This document shows, in pieces, positions 49,583 through 61,500 of a stretch of 64,000 nucleotides of DNA. The position numbers and the translations under genes were made by a program. The stretch is from NCBI GenBank assembly GCA_965113315.1, contig OZ220368.1; one strand, written 5' to 3'. Numbering within the stretch: position 1 is the stretch's first letter; every line of letters starts with the position of its first letter. This DNA is from Podarcis vaucheri (Eukaryota). Under the pieces are notes generated by a model. That model did not search any database and was not told the origin of the DNA. It was given only the letters and a program-made list of their open reading frames with translations.

Positions 49583-52500
49583 GGGGGAGAAGAAGGATAC
49601 AGGATTCAGTGCCTTGTGTTGGCAAGTAGGTGACATCCCTAGACCAGGTTTTAAATTTATATCGCTCAATTTTTAAAAATTGAGAACCCTAACAAATTGC
49701 TTAAGAAATAGGGAAGTTAATTGTGTGTTCTTAATCCTCAGGAAAAATCCCTCCCTGGAGTGGTAATGGCTCTTGTGTGTAATGTGTTTGACATGCTGTA
49801 CCAGCTTGCGAACCTAGAAGAGCCAAGGTAAGTAGTGTTATTGAAGACACTGTAGAAATGCTGTGGCTGCAAAAATAAATAAATTTTGGAAGCATTTACA
49901 AGCAAGCATAGTGTCCAGCCCAGCAGAAATTGAGTACATTATATGTCTCTTGTATTCTTTAGGATTACTTTGAGAGTACGGAGGCTTCTTTTGCTGATTC
50001 CTACTGACCCAGCTATTCAGGAAGCTCTTGATCAGCTAGATTCTCTTGGACGAAAGGTATATATTTTTTTTGTTAACTACACAATCATAGTCTAGTTTTA
50101 CTGATTGAGCTTGGGATTGAAAGGAATGGAGAAAGAAATAGGGTGTTAAATTGTAGGCATTATAGAATGCTGGGGAAATGCTAGCCATTGTGGAGCAAGA
50201 ATTGAACCATCACTGGCTAAATTAATTTTATTTCTCTTATTATTAATGATGTGTTACTTTGGCGGGGGGTGGGATTCCTTTGCTTAGCACACATTACTTT
50301 CCTTCTAGGGATTCAGATAGCATGGCTAATGTGCTTATCGCCACTGGGGCAGGAAAAATGCCATGTTAGCACAGCCGTGTATTAGCTTGCTAGCTTCATC
50401 TGTAAAGTTGGCACAGAATCTATTACTCGAAAAGTTCCTAAGCCGCAGGCCCATTTAACATTCACCCTTAAGGATGGCTGGCCTAGCTACCTATATAGGA
50501 TAGTAGCAAATAGTCATTGGGTCCTAAACATGTTTCATAGAAGTTAGCAAACTACGTTAAAATTAATCTGGCATTCACAAAACATGTCTCTCCCATATCT
50601 CTCGCGCTGCAACCTTCCAACAGTTTTACTTCCCCCCCCAAAGGCACACTCCTCCATTGTCTCCCAAGATAGATGGATGCCAGCTATTAAAAAATAATAA
50701 TGCAAATTACAAAAAAATACTAATTAAAAATTACAAAAAATACTAATGGTATTTACACTGGGGTGCATCGAAAAAGAAGGGTGTGGCATAAACTTTGTAA
50801 AAATCTACAGATTGTATTTTATAGTTCTTTATGGTATTGAATAGGGATGGGGAATCTGTGGCACTCCAAACGTCAAATTTCCATCAGCCTGAGTCAGCTG
50901 CACCAGTAGTCAGGGATGGACTTTTAATCCAACGATATTAAGAGGGCCATGAGTCCTCTGTCCCTGGTATAGAGTATAGCAAAAGGTGCTTGCAAGAGAT
51001 TTTATTACTTTTAGGAAGTTCAGGACTCCAAAGACTAGCTGTCATGGCTATATAACCATGTTATATCAGAACTGCCTTCTTATTTGTATTATTCTATGCT
51101 TATTCTTTTCTCAGAAAACATTACTCTCTGAATCAAACTCCCAGTCTTCAAAGTCACCTTCTTTGTCTACAAAGCATCAACACCAGCCTAGTGCTACTTC
51201 AATACTTGAAAGTCTTTTCAGGTCTTTTGCCCCAGGAATGTCTACTTTTAGAGTACTTTACAATCTTGAGGTAAGAGTAAATTGGCATGGAAGTGTGGGG
51301 TAGGGTCAAATATCAATTCTTTTGTTTTGCATGTAGAAGACCCCGTGTTCAGTTCCTGGCATCTCCAGATAGAGTTGGGAAAGTTTTCTGTATGAAACGT
51401 AGCCGCCAGTCAGCGACCTGGTTTACACCATAATACTAAAATGTGACTTAGGCAAGTATCAACAAACTCGGGGGAGGAGAGAGAAAAGGCAGTCTGTGAA
51501 CCCAATGGTTTGTTGAGGCTCATCCATTAAATGCCAAACTATAGTTTAGTGCTTGGGTCCTCAAATATTTTGAGTCCTGAGGCACATCTGGAAAACTAAA
51601 AAATATATAAAGGATGCCACCATATATCAATTCACAGAAGAAAAATGGGGTGATGCCAACACACACAAAACAAAGCTGGCAAAAGAAACATGCAAAACCC
51701 TCCATCCCCCAAAAGGGGAAAAGGCAAGTACCGTATTTTTTGCTCTATAGGACGCACCCAACCATAGGACACACCTTGTTTTAGAGGTCTGTGCTTTGGA
51801 GGCTTCGCGTTGCTGTCGCTAAAGCCAAGGAGCCTGCATTCGCTCCATAGGGCGCACACACATTTCCCCTTAATTTTTGGAGGGGGAAAAGTGCATCCTA
51901 TAGAGCGAAAAATGTGGTAATAAAAAGCAGCCCAGACTAACAAAAAAACACAAAACACCTGCAGCCACATGCCAACATGCAGAATACACACAGTGCTAGC
52001 AAACAAAAATGAGTCATTGAATTCTCTTAAGATGAAACTCTGCTGTAGTGACACTGTGTTTCCAGTTGTCCACAGTTGGGATATTTTTGCATGGTTTCCA
52101 TAGTAGTGATCCTGCTCTCTTGCAACTACCTAAACATCTGTTTACCAGGTCGCATGGCACTCCCTTACTACCTTGTAGTTCCTTATCTTCCATTCTTTTT
52201 ACATACTATGTAAATATACCATACCTTCTCTCTTGAAATGACAGGGATTGTCATGGGCCTTGAAACACACTTTGTGAAAGCTTTGTTAGTATTCAAGGAC
52301 CTCTGACTGTGTTAATGTTCTTAATTATATGACAGGTGTTGATAAAAGAATTAATTAACATTATTGAAAGGTCTCATTGAATTCAGATGACCAAGTGCCG
52401 TAGGATGGTGAGTAATTCTGAGTAGCAGTGTTAGAGTGTAATATGAACTCTTGCCCAGCTGAGCATACTTTGCCTGTGGGTGAGAGAGGGGCTTAATGTA

Positions 52501-55500
52501 TTGCTCCATTGAAACTCTGCCATTTACCTAAAGTCTGAATATTTTTCAGGTCCTGAGTTCCAAGCTAATGCCTACAGCGGATGATGAAATGGCAAGAAAT
52601 TGTGCCAAATCTTTCTGTGAAAATTTTCTCAGAGCAGGTGGCTTGAGGTTAGTTGAAAGAAATACTCTGAAGTGGAACCTTCCAGCTGTGCAAGAACTAG
52701 CCTTTAAGCATTCTCAACTCAGTATACATTTAATACTCGTATCTGTAAATGGTGCTCTCAATAGTAGTATTCGAGCAGCTATTCCAAATACCATGGGGAC
52801 AGCATAAATTACACCAGGTAGTTTGCTTTCTTTGTGTGTATGATGTTGAATAAATTGCAGCAAGGGTTTTTTCCTGTTACCTTTCCACTTCCATAAGCCT
52901 TTCTTCGCACATCCTACACAAATAGGTGCCAAAACTGCAGCGGAACCTGGATATCCTTGCTTTTTCAATACTGCTTTCAGTGGTTGGTGCTGTCCTCCCA
53001 AAATCTGTTAAGGTGTTTGCAGAAAATGCTTTGTCAAAGAGGATAATAGATAGTACTATGCCCTTGACCATTGAATCTGCACTTAACTTTGAATGGGAGT
53101 AGATAGTTTGAGGCACTGAGATGGCATTGACTATGCCCTACTGATAAAGTCATAATAAATTTAAATAGTTGATTAGAATTTAAAAAGAATAAGCTGGAGG
53201 TTGTAAGTATTAAATGTCATCTCTTAGCATATTTGCAGTTCAGTACTTGACCAGCAAATGAGAGTTGCTTATTTTTCTAGCTTCCAGTGGTTGTGTGCTT
53301 AGAATCATAGAATGGTAGAGGTGGAAGGGACCCTGAAGATCATCTAGTCCAAACCCCTGCAATGCAGCTGTTCCATACAGGGATTGAACCTGCAGCCTTG
53401 GCATTATCAGCACCATGCTCTAACCAACTGAGCCATAACACGCCAACAGAAGAGTATGCCTTTGGACCACAGAAAGCAAGGAAGTGACAGGTGCTGCCAT
53501 TATTGTGATGGCACAGTCATTGGATCAGTGTCCAGAACGTTGTGGAGTGCAGAAAGAAGTTGATTTACATCAGAGCCCTTGCTTTCCCCCGTTTCACCTG
53601 TTGATAGTCAGAATTTGGTGGAGCCTATCAACTGGCCCCCTGATTTAGTGATAGTGTTAGTGAGGCTGCTTTGTTTTAAGTGATTAACACATTATATTAA
53701 TCCTCATCAATACAGGGAAATATTTTCAACCAAAAGACTTCTACATGCATTATATGTTTCTTGTCTTAATTAAAAATCTCTAAATTTATTTTCCAGTTTG
53801 GTGGTGAATGTTATGCAGAGAGACTCCATCCCATCAGAAGTGGATTATGAAACAAGACAGGGAGTTTATTCAATCTGTCTGCAGCTGGCAAGGTATGTGA
53901 TTGATTTTTCAAAGGTAGATATGCATGACCCTAATCTGCTCAGTGTTTCATCTTCCTAAGGTACATAGTGCCTTCACTGTTCAGAACAGCACAATTTTTT
54001 TATGTTTAGGTTTTTGCTTGTTGGGCAAACCATGCCTACCTTTCTTGATGACGATATTGTTAAACATGGAGTGGAAACACTATCATCACGCCCATTCCGT
54101 AATGTGAGCCGGCAGACTACCAGGCAGATGTCAATGTGTGGAACCCCAGAGAAGGCCTCTTATCGCCAGCTATCTGTGTCAGACAGGTCCTCTATCAGAG
54201 TGGAGGAGATCATTCCTGCTGCACGGGTTGCAATCCAAGTAAGTAGGTCTAATGTGGCAGCAATAGCCCTGCTAAAGGCAGAGCTCAAACATCCCCTCTG
54301 CAGAATTTTAGTACCTTTTAAAAAAAATGCCACACTGCCAGAAAACCAGAGTTTTTCTCCTGTTTCCAACTATGTTCCTTGGATTTGGTGTCACGTGTAA
54401 GTGCTTTTCTGGCCTAACACATTGGTATCTTGAACAAGAATTCTTTTTTCCCCCCAGACAATGGAAGCAAATGACTTCACTTCCACAGTTGCTTGTTTTA
54501 TGCGACTCTCATGGGCGGCGGCTGCAGGGCGGCTTGACCTGGTGGGAAGCAGTCAGCCGATCAAAGAAAGCAACACGCTGTTCCCTGTTGGCATTCGTAA
54601 CCGTCTTAGCAGCTCAGGTACACCGCTGACTTAACAGAATTGAAACAGCTGAGATTGGGCAATGACCTCAGCTCTGTGTTGCTCATAAGACTTTATCACA
54701 ACTGTAGCTGTTCATTCCTAACTTGAGAGATCTACGCTTCTTTTAATCTTTTGTCACTTGTTAACATATTGCAGGAAGCAATTGCAGTTCAGGGAGTGAA
54801 GGAGAACCAACAGCTCTGCATGCTGGGATCTGTGTGAGGCAGCATTCTGTATCCACCAAAGATGCACTGATTGCAGGAGAGGCCTTGTCTCTCTTAGTTA
54901 CATGCCTACAGCTCCGCAGTCAGCAGCTAGGTAGGTTTGAGAGAAGTGGATGAAGCTTTTCTGTTGTTTCCTGACCCTACATACAAAGACCCAGTCCCAA
55001 TTTGTTACCCTCCAACTCTGTTTTCACTTTCTCTCAACCTCTGCTTATATCTGGCACCCACATTTTACTGTAACACCATATAATGCTAATGATTCTGTTA
55101 GATTTTCCCAATTATATTTTAATACTAGGAGTATTAAGTACCATAGTGCTTTCTCACGAAACAAATTGTGACAATCCACATTGTGTTTTTCTTAGGATCT
55201 TTTTACAACCTCCCTTGTGTTGCTGACTTTATCATAGACATACTACTTGGCTCGCCAAGTGCAGAGGTAAGGTGCTTGCATTTATATTCAGAGCAGTTCT
55301 CTTGCATGCTCTGCCCTGTAGCATGGACCAAGTGCTCATGCCAGTGGCAGCTGAAAAAACATGTGCTACAGGTGAAGTTACTTAGGCTATGTCACTGACT
55401 TTCAAGCAAGCAAGTTCCTAGGATGAGAAAGCTGTGTTCTTTAGAGGACTGGACTTCTGGGAATTAAATTAACTGCAAGCATTTTTTATCATACAGTGGT

Positions 55501-58500
55501 GCCTCGCAAGACGAAAAGAATCCGTTCTGTGATTCACTTCGTCTAGCGATTTTTTTGTCTTGCGAAGCAAGCCCATTGACGGATTAGCGGCTTTTAGCGG
55601 CTTTTAGCGGCTTTTAGCGGCTTATCTGCTGATCGGATCAGCTGATAAGCGGCTTAGCGGCTTAGAAAAGGGGGGGAGGGGAAAAAACCAGCAGGAACTC
55701 GCAAGACATTGTCGTCTTGCGAAGCAAGCCCATAGGAAATTCGTTTTGCGAAGCACCTCCAAAACGGAAAACTCTTTCGTCTAGCGAGTTTTCTGTCTTG
55801 CGAGGCATTCGTCTTGCGGGGCACCACTGTACTTTATACAGATGTGCCAGTTTAAAACTGAAACTAAGATTTGCCTCAAAAGCAGCAATGGATTGATGAC
55901 ATTTTTTCCTGCCTCAAGTGAGCAATTGGAGGATGACAACACTTGGTGCTGTCCTAGTGCCCACTCAAGAAAGAGCCTACATGGTCACTTCTGTTCCTTA
56001 CATTCTTGTCTGTCTCAGCTAGCTTGGACAAATCACGATAGTAACTTGAGTGTTTTAATAGTTTTCTAAGACACTGGTATTAGGTTTTGTGATCTGACAT
56101 GTGCTTCTGCCCTGTTCCAGATTCGTCGCGTGGCCTGTGATCAATTGTATACCCTCAGTCAGACAGACACATCAGCTCACCCTGATATACAAAAACCAAA
56201 CCAATTTCTTTTGAGTGTCGTCCTTACCGCTCAGCTGCCGCTCTGGTCACCTACCAGCATCATGAGAGGCGTCAACCAGAGGCAAGTTGGAGGCATGTTT
56301 GTTCAATAGAGAATGTAAGAATTAAAAATAAGCATTTGTCTTAAATGCTTATTTAAGACAAGTGCAGTAAAAACTTGTGAAACGGGGGGGGGGGAGGAGA
56401 GTGCTAGAAGTGAACTGAGAAGTTATGATTTCCCCTGTGGTTGCTTGAATAGGAATTGAATAGCCAGGAAGTTACTGAATCATACTGCAGCATTGAACCA
56501 CAGTCTACCCAGTACAAAGAGAGGATAAGCATTTGGAGGCAGTAGCATCAGCCAGCATACTATGCTAACTTACTTTTAGATTTGTTGATCATAGTAAATG
56601 CACAAAAAACCAATAGTGCTGTGGGGTTTTTTTGTTCTGTTTAAAAATTACATACATGCCAATAACAAAATTTCAGTCTTCTTCCTGTTACCATTTGATT
56701 TTCAATAAGAACATAAGCATCCATGATGTTGAATGTGCAACAATGTTTGCTTTAAAAGTTAAACATTAAATATGAACACCAAATCCCAGATCTGCTTCCA
56801 GAGAAGGGGATTTTAAGCTGATAGCATTTCAACATATTATTCTGGGATGAATGATGATCATCATTACAAACAATTCACTACTGTGAACTTAAAATAAAAG
56901 CAAACCTTTGTTTTATAGCATAGAATGTAAGTCAACATGTTGGCTAGGTCTGAATAAACATCTTGTATGTGTACATGGTACCAGGGAAAGTAAAGGTTTC
57001 TGTAAATATTTTGCATGCTTCTGAGATTCACACACACCCCTCCCAGTATTAATTGCCTGAATTTGCTTTTAGGCTTTTGTCCCAGTGTACAGAGTACTTT
57101 GACCTTAGATGCCAGTTATTGGACGATCTCACATGTAAGTAATAGGAATCAAAACTGCTTGAAACTTAATGTACCATAAGAAAATGTCCCTTATCCACAT
57201 GGTAACCAGTGCCATCGAAGTTGAGTCAAGAATTAATATTGATTGCGCTTATGGAGAGAGAGAAATGTGTTTGTCTTGGATTCTTATCCTTCCTTCATTA
57301 TTTGTGTCCTTGTAGTTCTGTGCAGGACTGTATTTGCATGGGCCAAAAACTCTGTTTCAGAGGTCAAGTGAAAGATCATCTGCCTCTCACATGAACTTTT
57401 TGCCTGGGTCTTCTCTTTAGTTTTAGTGTGCAGTCTAATTGTCTCAAGTGATTAGTAGTTGACTCTGAGCACACAGGTGGGTAGCAGTACTACCCCAGCC
57501 AGATGGGCGGGGTATAAATAATAAAAGTATTACTATTACCATTTCCTACCTTTTCAAGACCATAAGAAACTACACACTACAACTACCATAGCATTCAACT
57601 TTCTTGCAGATGGAAATAACATACAAGAGCCACTTTGGCTTTTTTCACATTGTTTTATAGAACTAGGAAAAGTGGCCAGGATAATGCTTGCATGTTCTTT
57701 GCCACTAGGGGATGTATGTAGGAGTATGAGCAAGTAATAGAAAGGCAAAAGAGCCAAAAAATGCTATTTGCCTTTATAATAACTTTTTTTTTTAAAGGAA
57801 CGTTTACCTGTGTCTTGACATTTCATTTCCAAAAAGTAATTCTGTGTTCATTTTAAGCTAAATGATATCTTTTATATGAAACAAAATGTTAACCTAAGTT
57901 TGTCCATCTGTTCTGTAAGCTTAACCCATGTGGTTTTTCTTACCTAGCTTCAGAAATGGAACAGCTAAAGATTAGCCCAGCTGCTATGTTGGAGGATGAG
58001 ATCACGTGGTTGGATAACTTTGAACCTACCCGTGCAGCTGAATGTGAAACCAGTGAAGCTGACAATGTGTTGTTGGCGGGACATTTGAGGCTCATTAAGA
58101 CCCTCCTGTCACTTTGCGGAACAGAGAAGGAAATGCTAGGTAACTTGCTTTCAGTGCTTAGTTGTGTCATTACAATGTTAAACCTAGTGATTTCTTCCTC
58201 GCTGCTGTGATCGCTTAGGCTTCAGGTCACCAGAATTCCTAATTTGTCAGGTCAGGCTGCTTGCATCTGGTTGCCATGGGCAACAAGAGTTCTAATTTTC
58301 ACAGTGGAAAGAGAATGGTTCTTCACCTCCTTTGTGGAGCAAGGTTTAAGCTTTCAGGCAAACAAGCAAATGCAGCAAATTTGGCAGTATGAACAACTAT
58401 CTCTTAGGATAAGACCTGAGTGAGCAGAGGTTGTCTCACGTTCCTGCCTGCTTAGAACATACTTCAAATAGCAGTGGTCTTAAATGAAAATTATTTGCTG

Positions 58501-61500
58501 TTTCCCACATTTGATTCGTAGTGCTTTGGTCATAAACTAGACAATTAGAACAAAAATAACAGTTATCTGGGGTGCTGATAGCTATATGTGTAGCTTACAA
58601 TAAAACAGGAACAGCATGTGATGCCATTTGATAATCATTGCTTAATTGTTTTAGTAAAGGGAGGGGAAACTCTGGTGGTGGTGCTCTTTAAATACAGTGA
58701 AAGCTGCTATAGTCCGGCTTGTGTTCCGCCAAGGTGAAGCTATCTGTTCTGACACTGGCAGCAGTTATCCAGTAAGACCTTTCTCAGCTCTGCTTCCTAT
58801 GACCTGTTTAAGTGGAGATGATAGGAAAAGCATGGTCCCTCACTGGGCACCTTTTTCTTGCATGATCATTTATTATAAATCATGTAACGATCAACATTGA
58901 ACATAGTGTTATTCCCTTTATAGGTTCGTCTTTGATCAAACCATTATTAGATGACTTCCTCTTCCGAGCATCTAGGATTATTCTGAACAGCCATTCTCCA
59001 GCTGGCAGTGTGGCTGCCACTCAGCAAGACTTTCATCCAAAGTAAAGAGTGCATGAGGACTTTCGTTGTATTAAACAAAGAAGCACAGAGGGCTCGGATC
59101 TACCATCCTTGAATAGTCAATCAGCTTTGTGCAGAATGGAACAATTTCCTTTTTTAAAAAAAGACATTAAAGTAAACTTCATAAGCAGTGCTTGAGTGTG
59201 CCGAGAAATTAAATAACCGAGAATAAATGTGGTTCCTGAGAGAGGCTATTAAGAAACAGATTGAAATACTACTCAATTATAAATCATCTATATTGCTCTC
59301 ATGTCCTTTATTACATTTTTAGAACATGATGTTCCATATCTGTGGAGAATCACATTTCAGATTCTTTAAGATTATTAAGCAATGTTTTAAATGCTCTTCC
59401 AGAACTATTTATTTTTACTGTGCATAATTTGAATGGGTATAGTCAGTCCATTACAAAATCCAAAGGGCTCAGTTGTTTTAAAAAACAAAGCTCAATTCCT
59501 CTTTCAGAAGCAGAAAGGCATCTGAACAATTTATTGGACCATAGGGCTGGTGTAACTAACCCGTGCATTATCACAGTCCATAACTCCCTCAAAATGTTGA
59601 ATGCCATACCCAGAAACAAAGAAATCGGGTTAACTGTTTTCGTAAATTTCTCTTATGGGTGTAACTTAACTTAGCCACTGAGCTTGGGATTTTATGCAGA
59701 AATCTAACTATTTTTCTGCTTAAGTGTCATTTTATTTACATCCCGGAACCACCCTTTCTTTAGGAGGGAATGATAAGCACACAGACTTGTTTTATTCCTT
59801 GCCTTCCTCTGCAAAATAAATAATATCCACTGGTCCAGGAAATAAAAATGCCCTGAACGGTTTTAAAATTGGACTGCACAGATGGGCATTAAACTTTACT
59901 TGGATTCCCTTTGGCAACTATTGGAAGTAGGTCATTTGATATAGCTTGCTAGTATGAAAACTGAATATGCAGCATGAACAAATTCTTCTTGCTCCCTTCT
60001 AGGTGCAGTACAGTGAATAGCCGATTAGCAGCATATGAAGTGCTGGTGATGCTGGCAGATAGCTCGCCTTCAAATCTACAGCTTATTACAAAAGAGCTGC
60101 TCTCTATGCATCACCAGCTTGATCCAGCTCTTTCCAAGGAATTTGATGTAAGTGCGTTGCTTCAATGGAAGTAATTTTTTTCACTCCAGCTATGTATATG
60201 TGAAGCTAAGTGTCAGATCTTCAGAATGGATTAAACAATGAGAGTCATAGAATTGTAGCGTTGGAAGGAACCATAATGAATACTTTTGGAAAGTCTCTTG
60301 GATATTCAGTTTTTCTAATGATTATATCCATTAATGCTTTAAATCTTCTTTGCTACAAATTTCTGCTCTCTGCCTCCCTATCTTCCAGTATCTCCCACCT
60401 GTAGACGGTCGATCCATTTCAGGATTTGTGGGGCTAAAAAATGGAGGTGCAACGTGTTACATGAATGCAGTCTTCCAACAGCTCTATATGCAGCCCGGAC
60501 TTCCCGAGGTAATCTTTATTTACTGTTCTTAAAGCAAATTCTTTTGGAATGCCTGTTAACTTCACACATATAGTATGGACTCTGGGAAGGAAGGAGTGCT
60601 GAATCATGAAAATGGGCCACAACTCTGAGGTAAATCCAAAACTACCTAGTTCAGAAATTGCAAGGCTGAGAGTCATATGCAGTAAATGAGGGGATCTCTA
60701 ACCTTGGTGGTGGGGTTTTGGCTCAGGCACATTTAGAAATCCAAAACTTTCTGGGACACCATAAAATGCCCATGTCACAGAATAAAAACTGTTGATGCTC
60801 ACACAGGCAAAACACTTGTGTAGATGACAAAACAAACATGCAACACCCCCAGAAAAACACATACATCACAAAATAAACACAGTAAAAACTAGGCAAAACA
60901 CGCATACCCTAGCAGTGACAAAAAGCATAACTTTGGAAATAATTAAAAGCCAGGAGAACACCCAGCCCCAAACAACAAAAGCAAATTGCACACAAACACA
61001 AGCACCAAAAACAAAACAACAGGAGAAGCACACATACAATTGGTCCATCATCCCCAAGCCTCCCAGACAGCAGCAGGATTCCTTTTCTTCTCTGAAAAGG
61101 TTTGGAGGCTAAACACAGAGCTGGAGCTTGCCTGCCCTCTTTCCCCTTCCTTTGAAGAATACCTCTGGGCCCACCTGGGCCGTAGTTGGAGCACATGGGC
61201 ATTTGAAGCCCAGGCTCTTGCTCTGCTTTGCTTGGAGGACAGATACGGGAGCCTTGTGATCTCTCCTCCTTATTGTTCCTTTAAGGGGACAGAATGACTT
61301 CCAGTCCTTTGAGGTCGTGCAGTTTGGTGAGAAGCCTCTCAGTGAGGCCAGCCATGTGGCCCTACTCTTCGTCCCTTCCATCTTCCTAACCAGTATGTTT
61401 GTTGAAGGTGGGAATAGCTAATAAGGAAGCTTTGGGTATGTTGAATATTAATGTTAAATACCTTGGTTACTGCTCTTACCAACTCCTGACGAAACTGAAC

